Positions 46,926-59,500 of a stretch of 64,000 nt of DNA are shown piece by piece. Under the pieces are notes generated by a model, which had not been told where the DNA came from, did no database searches, and saw only the letters and a list, made by a program, of their open reading frames with translations. Positions within the stretch are counted from its first letter, which is position 1. Every line of letters begins with the position of its first letter. The DNA comes from Mobula hypostoma (taxonomy: Eukaryota): the NCBI RefSeq assembly GCF_963921235.1, contig NC_086097.1, forward strand, positions 46,564,001 through 46,628,000, written 5' to 3'. The translations under genes were made by a program, and so were the position numbers.

Positions 46926-47375
46926 TAGACCATAAGAGCATTTGATATAGAAGCAGAATTAGACCATTTGCCTATCGAATCTGGTCCACCATTTCTGGTC
47001 CAATTTTCTTCTCAGCCCCAATCTCCTGCCTTCTCCCCGTATCTCTTCATTATCTGACCAATCAAGAATCTATCAACCTCTGTCTTAAATGTACATAAAG
47101 ACTTGGCCTCCATAGCTCCTTTTAACAAAGAATTCCACATATTCTCCACTCTCCAGCAAAAGAAATTTCTCCTCATCTCCATTCTAAAAGGACACCCCTC
47201 TATTCTGAGGCTGTGTCCTCTGGAATTAGACTCTCCCACCACAGGAAACATCCTCTCCACATCCACTCTATCAAGGCCTTTCACCGTTCGATAGGTTTCG
47301 ATGAGGTTATTGTTCTGAAATCCAGCGAATACAGACCTAGAGCCATCGAACTCTCTTCATATGACAAGCCAGTCA
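46926..47375 (-). mobile_element. CR1 3' fragment
   Basis: MKGLDRVDVERMFPVVGES...RNFF...WNSL. Confidence 0.9.
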
Positions 47376-48099
47376 ATCCCGTAATTGGCACAGAAGGGTA
47401 GTTGAGGCCTGCGGTGGAGTAGCCATTGTCACCTTGAATGGTTGGACAGGCCTTGAAAGGCCAGGAGGCCTATCCCTGCACTTATTTTCCTGCATTCTTG
47501 TGCTACTGACCTGGAAGAAGACAGAGCCATGGTTTTGGTCAATGTTGAATTGAATTTGGAAGCTTTTGTTGTTATGGCATTTTCTCAATCCTTTGTGGAG
47601 CCTGCAATAAGTAGTCCACGTCACAAAAACACATCCAAGATATGAAACAAGGCAGACAGGGAAAAGTGTAGGGCAACATTGCAGCTCTGCTCTAAGTACC
47701 TCCCTGTCAGAGTAGAACAATTCTTCAGCACCAGTGAGAAACTGGCCACTTCAGAACCAAAATCATCAGAACCTCAATTGTCAAACCATATTTACAGACA
47801 ACACTTGCATTTGCTCAACTCAAAGGCACATTTCTTGCCTCATTTCACTGAATGATATAAATTGATGGGCCTTATTCTCCATGTCCAAAAAAACTAAGAT
47901 CTTGTTTCAATCTGCCCCTGCTCTTTCATGCATCTTGCTTCATTGCTAGTGTTGCTCTGAGTACATGAGTAAAAAAGTCTTGCCCAAAATGTAGTGAAGC
48001 CCATTAAGACCCAATCTTCATACTTTAAAAATAATTAATTTGTGACAGAGGGTATGCAGTAGAGATTTGTCAGATGAGGTCAAATGAAACAGACAAGGT

Positions 48100-48452
48100 C
48101 TGCCTTTTCTAAAGGTTACAGGAGTGAGAGGTGGTCCCATTGAAATGCATAAAATCCTTATGATTCTGATAGGCAGATGTAGAGTTGATGTTTCCTCTTC
48201 GCTGGGAGATCTAGAATCAAGGACGCAGTCAGAATGTAAAAGTTTGATTATTTAGGACAGAGAGGAGAAGAAATTTCTTCATAAAAAGAATCAGGAAATA
48301 TAATGATAGAATTTTAGTTGTTAAGGCAATCAGGGAATTGAAGACAGAGCAATAAGTGACACTGAGGTAAAAGATCAGCCATAATCTTACTGAATGGTGA
48401 AGCAGGTACAAAGGGCTGAAAGGCAGATTACTACTTCTGTTTCCCATGTTCT
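48100..48452 (+). mobile_element. Decayed CR1 3' end
   Basis: AAGATCAGCCATAATCTTACTGAATGGTGAAGCAGG...AAGGGCTGAA tail. Confidence 0.65.
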
Positions 48453-48774
48453 GATGCAATATCTGATGCATCTATCCTACCAGGAGGAGAGGGCATGCCG
48501 AGTGAAAGTGATTGAGGAGTTTTCACCACTGACAGAAATGTACAAAATTGTGCAAATATTTCAAGTTTATACGTAACCAATTTATGGCAAAGTTCTCTCA
48601 ATATGTACAGAGGTTCCCAGATGTTTGTGACCAATGCTTTGCAGAGTTGACAAATCAGCCAGCCCATTTTGTCTGGTATAACTATACTGTCAAGGTCGTC
48701 AATGAGGTAATTATTCCTATTATATTCATATTAGGTTTTGAATGGTAGATTGATAGAATTGAATGTTTTGCCCA

Positions 48775-49020
48775 GCCCCTAGACTCTAAGTCTAGAGTCA
48801 CATGTTGGCTGGACTAGATGAGGACTGCATATTTCACTCCCCAAATGATATAGGTGAAGCAGATGTATTTCCATGCTTGATATTACTGATGCTAGTCTTT
48901 TATTCCAGACAATTTTGTTTTAATTCCCCAGCTGCAGTGAAAGGATTTGGACTCAAGTCTCTACAACATCAGGCCAGGTTTCTGCATTACTGGCCCAGTA
49001 ACATAACCACTACATAACGA
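48775..49020 (-). mobile_element. Decayed tRNA-derived SINE of a common shark family
   Basis: Minus strand GTAGTGGTTATGTTACTGGGCCAGTAATGCAGA...GAGTCCAAATCC...CTGGAATAAAAGACTAGCATCAGTAAT. Confidence 0.6.
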
Positions 49021-49274
49021 TACCCAAACCTCTACAGAAAGAAAATAAATTAAACAATTGTAATCTGATTAGGCACAAAGCCAAGTCGTTGTTTCTTACA
49101 TCATAATCTCTTATGGAAGATTATTCCTGCTGAAGAAAATTAATTTTGAATCCACTGAGAGCAGAGTCTGGATAATCAATTAATTTTTCCAGAGTAAAGG
49201 CAGAGCCAATTGCCAACATTTTCACTTTGTTCCCTTAAACTTTAACTCTTCCCAATTTAACTTTAATATGATTG

Positions 49275-51103
49275 TATTTCATTAGGAGTTTGCAGAGGTT
49301 TGGTATGTCACAAAGACACTCGCAAATTTCTACAGATGTACTGTGAAGAGCATTCTAACTGGTTGTATCACCATCTGGTATGGGGAGAGGGGGAACTACT
49401 GGTCAGGATCGATGGTCAGGCCACACTTAGATCCCCTCCAGTTCGCCTACCAGCCCCGACTAGGAGTTGAGGATGCCATCGTCTACCTGCTGAACCGTGT
49501 CTACGCCCACCTGGACAAACCAGCGAGCACTGTGAGGGTCATTTTTTTGAGTTCTCCAGTGCGTTCAACACCATCTGCCCTGCTCTGCTGGGGGAGAAGC
49601 TGACAGCGATGCAGGTGGATGCTTCCCTGGTATCATGGATTCTTGATTACCTGACTGGCAGACCACAGTACGTGTGCTTGCAACACTGTGTGTCCGACAG
49701 AGTGATCAGCAGCACTGGGGCTCCACAGGGGACTGTCTTGTCTCCCTTTCTCTTCACCATTTACACCTTGGACTTCAACTACTGCACAGAGTCTTGTCAT
49801 CTTCAGAAGTTTTCTGATGACTCTGCCATAGTTGGATGCATCAGCAAGGGAGATGAGGCTGAGTACAGGGCTACGATAGGAAACTTTGTCACATGGTGTC
49901 AGCAGAATTATCTGCAGCTTAATGGAAAAAGGCTAAGGAGCTGGTGGTAGACCTGAGGAGGGCTAAGGCACCGGTGACCCCTGTTTCCATCCAGGGTGTC
50001 AGTGTGGACATGGTGGAGGATTACAGATACCTGGGGATACGAGTTGACAATAAATTGGATTGGTCTAAGAACACTGAGGCTGTCTACAAGAAGGGTCAGT
50101 GCTGTCTCTATTTCCTGAGGAGACTGAGGTCCTTTAACATCTGTCGGACGATGCTGAGGATGTTCTACGAGTCTGTGGTGGCCAGTGCTATCATGTTTGC
50201 TGTTGTGTGCTGGGGCAGCAGGCTGAGGGCAGCAGACACCAACAGAATCAACAAACTCATTTGTAAGGCCAGTGATGTTGTGGGGATGGAACTGGACTCT
50301 CTGATGGTGGTGTCTGAAAAGAGGATGCTGTCCAAGTTGCATGCAATCTTGGACAATGTCTCCCATCCATTACATGATGGGCACAGAAGTACATTCAGCC
50401 AGAGACTCATTCTACCGAGATGCAACACAGAGCGTCATAGGAAATCATTCCTGCCTGTGGCCATCAAACTTTACAACTCCTCCCTTGGAGGGTCAGACAC
50501 CCTGAGCCAATAGGCTAGTCCTCGACTTATTTCCTGGCATAATTTACATATTACTATTTAATTATTTATGACTTATTACTATTTAATTATTTATGGGGCA
50601 ACTGTAACGAAAACCAATTTCCCTCGGGATCAATAAAGTATGACTATGACTAAATAAGCTGCAGAGAGTTGTAAACTTAGTCAGTTCCTTCATGGGCACT
50701 AGCCTCCATTGTATCCAGGAAATCTTCAAGGGGCAGTGTCTCAAGAAGGTGGCATCCATCATTAAGGACCCCCATCAACCAGGACATGCTTTGTTCTCAT
50801 TGCTACCATCAGGAGGGAGGTCCAGAAGCCCAAAGGCACATACTCAGCAATTCAGGAACCGCTTCTTCCCCTCTGCCTTTCGATTTCCGAATGGACATTG
50901 AACCCGTGAACACTACCTCAGGACTTTCACATTTTTATTTTTGCACTACTTACTTAATTAACCAATTTATATATATATATACACACACTTACAGTAATTC
51001 TCAGGTTTTCTTTCAGTTATTGTGTATTGCACTGTACTGTTGCTGCAAATACAACAAATTTCACGACCCATGCTGGAGATCTTAAACCTGATTCTGACTC
51101 TGA
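49275..51103 (+). mobile_element. Older Rex1/Babar copy split by an insertion (host parts 49275-49412 and 50653-51103)
   Basis: NFYRCTVKSILTGCITIWYG...QDR|NKLQRVV...DPHQPGHALFSLLPSG. Confidence 0.88.
49413..50652 (+). mobile_element. Younger Rex1 LINE (RT region to 3' end) nested in the older copy
   Basis: LDPLQFAYQ, TGAPQGTVLSPFLFTIYT, KFSDDSAIVG, LYFLRRLRSF; AATAAA plus (TATGAC)n tail; few frameshifts. Confidence 0.93.
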
Positions 51104-51336
51104 TGTTGCAGCAAAATTGGTTCCAGCCAATGCCTGACAAATGTGAGCTGAAACCATGGGGGAAAAATAATATATACATTCTTTCCCCGGTAATTGGTAA
51201 CTGGCTGCCTTTACCCTCGCCAAAGTGTTAAATCTTGTGTGATACCTTCCTGGAGTATGAGACAAAGTCCCTGAAGCCTGTAAGCAATATTTATCATATA
51301 AAGCATTTTAAGCTTCAATCAAGTGGAACAGAGGTA

Positions 51337-51615
51337 GGTGGCATGGCAGCGTAGTGGTTAGCACAACGCTTTACGGTACCAGCAACCCGGGTTCTATTCC
51401 TGCGGCTTCCAATAGCAAATGTGTACGTTCTCCCTGTGACTGTGCTGGGTTTCCTCCGGGTGCTTTGGTTTCATCCCACGGTTCAAAGGCAGCTTGGTAG
51501 GTTAATTGGTCAGTGTAAGTTGTCCTGTGATTAGACTCGGGTTAAATCGGGGCTTGCTGGGCAGAACAGCTTGAAGGTCTGGAGGGGCCTATTCCACACT
51601 GCAAATAAATAAATA
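51337..51615 (+). mobile_element. HE1-like V-SINE
   Basis: tRNA head (GTAGTGGTTAGC, GGGTTCTATTCC), V domain GGGTTTCCTCCGGGTGCTTTGGTTTCATCCCAC, CR1-derived tail, (AAAT)n. Confidence 0.88.
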
Positions 51616-53629
51616 CATAGAATTACAACTTGGGCGAGTTTTGATGAATACAATGATGGTTTATTTGTTTTCAAAAAATAATCTCATTGCAAAAAGAGAA
51701 CCCTTTGGAATTTGAAAACTTAGGGCGAACTAAATTGAAACGTTGAATTGACGTGTTGCTTAAATATTTAGAAGGCGATTCCTTCAACACTTTTTCTGAA
51801 AGCAGAAATAGTTTCTTAAAAAGGTGACTGTGGAAGATTTTGCTCTGTTGTACATGAATCAGCAGAGTAACATCCTGAATATGCAATAGTTCAAAGAGTA
51901 GCTGTGGTTGACATGCTCGTTGCATGCATGCTGCAATGGTGGACTTTGTAAAACTGCCAAAGGCTAGGTTTGCAAAGTCAGCATGTCAAAGTTAGTATAG
52001 CTTTATATATGCCTTGCACTATTGCACATGATTGTGGGAATGCTAATTAGATCTTTTAGAATAATCATTAAATTTGAAAGTTCAATTTTAATGATTTGAA
52101 CATTAGAACCCTATTGGGACATAGTCGATGCTGTCACATGCCTAGTGAGGCCAGTTGTAAGGCTAGAAAATTGGTCCTCTGGTATAATTACTGTAATACT
52201 GATTCTACAGGGATCATTTGATGCTCCGAGAGCTGACTGGATGTAGAGGAGTATAATGTTCAGCTGGAACTCTAGGCACTCACACTAAGCCTTTAAAACA
52301 AGTGCAGCGCCACACAATTTCTTTTCCGCAGACTGATTTCCAATATGGCTTGCACATTTTCATATTAATAATACTGCAGAAAATCACCTTTTAACTCATC
52401 TGCTCTGGAATGTTCAAGAGGTAAAATGTCATCATGCCATCAAGGAAATTTCCAGTTTTTATCTCTACTTGATTACTTTTCACAGTTTAATCGGAAGACC
52501 TATGTTCATTGCAGTCAGCAAAGCATTTGAGCACACGTTGACAATCCAACACAGCGTTAAGAAAATACTTTTTCGCAAGAGGTGAAATCGTTTAGATGAG
52601 AAGTTCAGTGATTTGGATGGATGATAAATTATGTCGTGCCACCATTAGCTATGCATCAGACTGACAACTTAGGTCTTCAGTTCCCAAAGGGACAAACTGT
52701 GAACCAAATTCTAGTATTTTAATTAGCATTGGAAAATTATTATAAGAAGTTCCGGTCAGTTGTTTAAAAAAAGATTGAAGGCGTGGTATCTGCCTTTTCA
52801 ACTTAATCTGCTCCATGATTGAAATCAGATTCAAACCATCTGATTGACTTTTAATGCTGTCAGGCGATGTAGAAATAAATACTGCAGCAAGGTTATTGAC
52901 TTGAAAGTTTTTTTTCAAATTCTCCACAAATGTTGCCTGATCTGCTAGAAGTTTCCAGCATTAAAGCTTTTAATTTAATAATAAATGCTACCTGACTTGT
53001 GTTGCCACATCCCAAGATAAAGAAGCCCTGTCATTTATCCCTCAAGTAACCCCATTACATAAAAGATTAATTTGTAATTGATCTAATTGCTATATGCAGT
53101 ATCTTGTGTGGAAAAAGACTTGCGCTTATATTTTTAGGGCCTAAGTCATTTCAATTACTTGCAAAGTACCTTAAGTGTTTCAGGGGGCTATGATAAGACA
53201 ATATTCTGCCATTCTTCCTATCTCATCATAATTAAAGGATTGAAAATCCAACTAAGTGTGCATTGTTCATTAAAAAAACAATCAACAGCTCAAGGATTAC
53301 CTCTCCCCAAATAAGCAGCACGATAAACTACAGCTATCCATTTCAGAACAGACACACTGAAAGATTCTTTCCACGCAAGAGGCATGCAGCAATAACATTT
53401 CAAACCTTTGGAACACGAGAGATTCTTCCATTACCGTAACCTCATTTAAAATTGATTGTGAAGCTGCCTGATTTCCATTGGCATTGCAGATAAGATCTTT
53501 GTCCTTGCATACACCTTACAATCTGCTTCTAAGTTTATTAGTAATTCACAAACATTACACTTTTGTTATAACTTGTGCTGCCAGAAAACAATGACATTTC
53601 TATGGTAATACAAACCTGACACATGATTT

Positions 53630-54305
53630 GTATTGGTATTGGCTTATTATTGTCACATGTACCAAGATACAGTGAGAAGCTTGTCTTGCATACAGTTCAT
53701 ACAGATCAAATCATCACACCGTGCATTGAGTTAAAATAAGGTAAAACAATAACAACACAGAATAATGTGTAAAAGTAAAAGAAAAGTGTAGTGCCTGTGA
53801 ATGACGAAGTGCAAGGTCATAATAGATTACAAAATCAAGAGTACATTTTTTCATACAAGAAATCCATTTTGGAGTCTGTTAACACTGGAACAGAGGCTGT
53901 TCTTGAGTCTGGAGGTATGTTCTTCTGCTTGATGGGAGGGGGAGAAGAGAGATGTCTGGGGTGTGTGGGGTCATTGGTTATACTGGCTGCTTTACTGGGA
54001 CAGCAAACAGTATTGACAGAGTCAATAGATGGGAAGTTGGTTCTAATGATGTGCTGAGCTGTGTACACAACTCTCTGCAGTTTCTTGCAGTCGCACACAG
54101 AGCAGTTGCCATACGAAACCATGATGCATCCAGACAGAATGCTTTCTATGATGTATCGACAAAAATTGGTTAGGGTTGATGGAGCCATGGCGATGGCAAA
54201 TTTCTTTAGCCTCGTGAGGAAACTGAGGCGTTGCTAGATTTGTTTTTCTTGGCCATGACATGAATGTGACTGGACGAGATCAGGCTATAGATGATGTTTA
54301 CACTT
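53630..54305 (-). mobile_element. Rex1/Babar 3' part
   Basis: LTNFCRYIIESILSGCIMVSYGNCSVCDCKKLQRVV...ITNDPTHP. Confidence 0.88.
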
Positions 54306-55067
54306 GGTCAGATGCTGTCTAGTCTGCTGAGTATTTCTCACCTTTCCTATTTTTTACCTCAGCACCAGTCCTGTTTTTCCTTCAGAATGCAACTATGAAC
54401 TTTATCGTGACTTTCACAATGATTTAGAGGATCATGCAGTTTTAATCTTCTACTCTATATAGCAATTAATTATTAGGTTTTCATTAATTACAAACATGGT
54501 TAAATGCTTGAGTCACAAAATTTCTCAGCATAAAGGGTTCTTTAATTACCAGGACAAAGTTCAAATTATCATATAAGTATAGGTCCAAAATAATATGCCA
54601 AGTTACCTGACTCCAACAAGATTCATTGATGAACTCTTAGTAAAGACATTAAATTTATTCACTCTTAATCAGAGAAATGTATGTTCTACTTATTTATATA
54701 ATAGTGCCCATTATGATAAAGCTTTGTAGCATTGCAAAGTAAATTATCTTTCCACTTGACATTAATACTAATGCTAAACTTGAACTCATCCTAACATGAA
54801 AATCAATCATCAGTAAATTCCTCCCAACCGTCCCCTCTCTGAGGTGGAATGTTCTGTTCTCAGCAAGGGCCTTACCATTGCCCCTTTTGCCTGCACATCA
54901 GTGAGTTCCATGCCCGCCACGACACTGAGCTCTTCTTCCATCGCCTTCACCTCGGAGCCCACTTTTTCAGCAAAAGTTCCCCATCCCACCCCGCTGTCCC
55001 CTTCTTTAATCCGCCAAACCCATGAGATTGAGATGACTCCCTGCACCAGTGTGGATGCTGTGTCATT

Positions 55068-55432
55068 TGTTACAACTCAGTGCCAAGAAACAGCAGACAG
55101 CACACTGCACACAATTAAAGGAATTATATTTATGAATCTTAACTAAAGGGTTAGTAAAGAACGGAAAGAAAAAGCAAAAAGGGCCTACTATAATGAATCA
55201 GTCAAATGTGCACCAGTTGGAGCTCAATTCACCAATGCACAGACGATCTCGCCACCCAGCTCCGTAACATCACTATCTCCCCGCTGGATCATATCCTATG
55301 ACCGGTTCTCTCCAATGTCCTCTCTCCTCATCTCACGCTGAACAAAAGGCCCAGCTTCCAAAGTATTGGTTACCTCTAACCATTACCCAAACACCTCCTC
55401 TACAGCAGTGAAACCTTTCCCAGGGTGTTTCA
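55068..55432. mobile_element. Possible solo LTR inserted in the Penelope element
   Basis: Non-PLE block bounded by TGTTAC...GTGTTTCA; the PLE resumes at CCAGCAAACCTGCAGACAAAG (KPADK). Confidence 0.35.
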
Positions 55433-56596
55433 CCAGCAAACCTGCAGACAAAGTGGGTACTGTTGTAGTGTGGTGGACTGAGGCAAAACGGCAGCTCTCA
55501 GACTCCTCTTCCTACTGACACCCTGAAGAGAACCCCACTCTGAACCGTCAGAAAAGTCTCTGAATCCATCACTGACTTCATCAACTCTGGGAACTCCCAT
55601 CCATTACCACTAAGTTCCCATACTCCACACTGCTTGGGTCTACCTCCCACCCAAGTTCCACAAACCTGACTGTCTGGGTAGGCCCATTGTCTCTGCCTGC
55701 TCCTGCCCCATTGAACTCATGTCCTCATACCTTGACTCCATTCCAAACGCCTTTGGTTCAGTCCCTTCCCACCTACATTCACGGCACTTCTCATGCTCTT
55801 GATCTCCTCACTAACTTTCAATTCCCTGGCTTTGACCACCTCAGTTTTCACCATGGATGTCCAGTCCCTATACACTGCTATCCCACTTCAAGAAGGCATT
55901 GATGTTCTCCATTTCTTTCTCAATAAAAGAACCAACCAATCCCCCTCCACCACCACCCTCCTCTATCTAGCAGGTCTGGTCCTCACCCTCAACAATTTCT
56001 CTTTTGGCTCCTCACACTTCCTCCAGACTCAAAGGGTAGCCATGCGACCCAGCTATGAATGCCTTTTCATTGGCTATGTAGAACAGTCCATATTCCAAGC
56101 TTTCCCCTGTAATGCTCCCTAATTCTTCCTTTGCTATATTGATGACGCATTGGTGCTGCTTCATGCACCCATGACGAGCTCGTCAATTTCATCAACTTTG
56201 CCTCCATCTTCCACCCTGCCCTTAAATTCATCAGGTCCATTTCTGACACCTTCCCCCCATTTCTTGATCTCTCTGTCTCCATCTTTGGAGACAAACTGTT
56301 GACCAACATTTTTTACAAACCTACTGATTCCCATGGCTGTCTTGATTATACATCTTTCAAACCTGTCTCCTGTAAAAATCCTATTCCCATTTCTCAGTCC
56401 CTTCGTCTCCGCCACGTCTGTACCCAGGATGAGGTTTTCCTTTCCAGGACATCAGAAATATCCTCCTTCTTCAACGAACCTATTTTCCCTTCTTCCAACA
56501 CTGATGCTGCCCTCACCTGCATCTCCTCCATTTCCTGGACATCTGCGATCACCCCAGCTTCCCGCTGCCCTAACAGTGATAGAGTTCCTCTTGTCC

Positions 56597-57048
56597 ACAA
56601 GACGATAAGACAAAGGAGCAGAAGTCGGCCATTCGGCCCATCGAGTCTGCTCCGCCATTTTATCATGAGCTGATCCATTGTCCCATTTAGTCCCACTCCC
56701 CTGCCTTCTCACCATAACCTTTGATGCCCTGGCTACTCAGATACCTATCAATCTCTGCCTTAATTACACCCAATGACTTGGCCTCCACTGCTGCCCGTGG
56801 CAACAAATTCCATAGATTCATCACCCTCTGACTAAAAAAATTTCTTCGCATTTCTGTTCTGAATGGGCGCCCTTCAATCCTTAAGTCATGCCCCCTTGTA
56901 CTAGTCTCCCCCATCATGGGAAACAACTTTGTCACATCCACTCTGTCCATGCCTTTCAACATTCGAAATGTTTCTGTGAGGTTTCCCCTCATTCTTCTAA
57001 ACTCCAAGGAATACAGTCCAAGAGCGGACAAACGTTCCTCATATGTTG
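56597..57048 (-). mobile_element. Young CR1 3' fragment inserted in the Penelope element
   Basis: LGLYSLEFRRMRGNL...RNFFSQRVMNLWNLLP; splits the PLE motif RVPLV|(L)TYH. Confidence 0.92.
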
Positions 57049-59289
57049 ACCTACCATATCTACCATTCCATGAGCCTCTACAACCAACAGGTCATCCTCC
57101 ACAACTTACGCCATCCCCAAAGGGATCCATAAACCAAACACATCTTTATCTCCCCCCCCCCACTCTCTACTTCCCACAGGGATCGCTTACTCCGTGATTC
57201 CTTTGTCCATTCATCCTTCCCCACTAATCTCCGTCCCAGCACTTACTCCTGCAGGTGGCTGGACTGCTACACCTGCCTATTCACCTCTTCCCTCATTTCT
57301 ATTTAGGGCCACAAACACTTCACCTGCGGATCTGCTGGGGTCACCTTTTGCCCCCAATGTAGCCTCCTCTACATTGGTGAGACCCGTCATATATTAGGAG
57401 ACTACTTTGTTAAGCACCACTGCTCCATCTATCAAAAGTGAAACTTCCCGGTGGCCAAACATTTTAATTCCAATTCCCATTACCATTCTAACTTGTCGGT
57501 CCGTGGTCTCCTCTTGTACCACGATGAGGTCACCCTCAGGGTGGAAGAGTATCACTTTATATTTCATCTGGTTAGCCTCTAACCCAAAGGCATGAATATC
57601 GATTTCTTCTTCTGGTAAAAAAAAAATTCCCCCCTCTTTCCCTCTTCTTCCATCTCCACTCCCGCCTCTTACCTCTTCTCACCAGTCTATCACCTCCCCC
57701 AGGGCCCCTCCTCCTTTCCCTTTCTCCTATGGTCCACTCTCCTCTCCTGTCAGATTCCTTCATCTCCAGCCCTTTACCTTTCCCGTGAGCCTGGCTTCGC
57801 CTATTACCTCTAGCTATCCTCCTTCCCCTCCCCTCACCTTCTTACTCTGGCATATCTCCCCTTCCTTTCCGGTCCTGAAGAAGGGTCTCAGACCAAAACT
57901 TCGACTCTTGTTCATTTCCGTGGATGCTGCCTAGCCCATTGAGTTCCTGCAGCATTTTGTGTGTGTTGCCTTGGGTTTCTGGCATCTGCAGTATAATCAG
58001 TGAAGCCCAGTTGTGTCAGTGGAATTGTAGTTCTTGCATTTATTGGAAGTTACAGCACAGGAACAAGCCATTTGGCACATTAAATATCTACTAATGCTTC
58101 TTTATCCTCCCCCACCCCCTCAGCCATAATCTGTGATTCTTCTTTTTAAACCACTATTTAAATCCCATCATAAAGAATTTATGGATTCTGTTTCCATGCC
58201 AGTTTAAGTCAGAGAATGTTACATTGGCATCAATTTTGTAATTTTTTTATCTTTTCATTAAATTAATTTATGACCTCTTAATCTTAATGTCCAACAGTTA
58301 TGTCTGCCATCAGAAATACTCACCTTCATAATTCTCCATCCATAAGTACATCCCAGTCAATCTACATTAGCTTGTATGTTTTTCCTGTAATAATTAAAGT
58401 TTCAAACGATTTCAACAAGGTTTTTTGTACAGTTTATAAATAGAAACAAAGCTTTTAATAAACTTAGCTCATATTTAGAAACCAAGCTATTTATACCTGC
58501 AAATTTCAATTTTGTTTCAAATACAGTAACTTAAGCTGCATTTCATTCATAGTGTAACTTATAGCTGATCTTTTATTTCAATATTCTCCTATGAAAAACT
58601 GTAGTATGGTCCACTACATTAATGGCACTTAATAAATACATGGAATAGGATATTGCCCAAAGCTTTTTTTTCTGAGTAGTATTGAGGAACTCTTTATAGA
58701 AAATGGAACTTCAATTGGCATTGTTACTTTCATCATTGATGAACTGCAAGTTCAAAACTTAAAAGCTTCTACTTTTTCTTAAAATATTTAGGATGTTGAG
58801 AGGCAAAAGTGTTTACAAAGAACTGGAGCAAATGCAAAATTTGTTACATGTTACTGGCTACATACTAATATTAATATTTGTGGACACCATCCTTCAGAGA
58901 CACTAAAATAAAGGTCCTAAGGCAGTTGTCAGAACAAAGAAAGGTTTGATACAAAGGTCTAGAAATTAAAGTGCTTAGATGGAGATTCTCAAGTAAGGCT
59001 GGCTTCTCAGAGTTTGAGAGCAAAGGAAGAAATTTTCAGAGACTGCGATGTGTTCAGTTCAAAACTTCTGCATGTGGACAAGACCAGAGGCAGTAAGCTT
59101 ACAGATTGCTGACAAGCCTGTTAACTGGCAAGTGTTTGTATGAGATTTGGCTCCATAATGGTTTTCTGTTTTATGCATAGGTTCTATGGCAGTTCTAACA
59201 ACGTACTTACTGAGTCAAAGGCTTGTAATATGTGGGGCCTGGAAGCTAGTAGATTCCTCAAGAATTTCTCATATTATCGTTTATAAGAA

Positions 59290-59500
59290 GGTTATTCAGC
59301 CCATCAAGTCTAAGCCAACTCTCACTGCAATTGCATGCTCCACTTGTTTCCCAGTAATCTCTTCTCTTCTCACATATTGCAAGAGGAAACCCGTATGGTC
59401 ATAGGGAGGCTGCTGAAATGTCACCATCAGCAGCAGAATCAAGATTGAACCTGGGTCACTGGAACTGAAAGACAGGGGCACAACATTCTGTGTCAGTCTG
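59290..59500 (-). mobile_element. Decayed V-SINE
   Basis: GAGGAAACCCGTATGGTCATAGGGAG...GATTGAACCTGGGTCACTGGAACTG. Confidence 0.6.

Larger units (their letters stand above)
54810..57992 (+). mobile_element. Long decayed Penelope-like element with two nested insertions
   Basis: SVLSKGL, FTMDVQSLYTAIP, LTLNNFSF...QRVAM, IFYKPTDSH, GIY-YIG remnant, pLTR with decayed hammerhead at 57871-57906. Confidence 0.9.
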
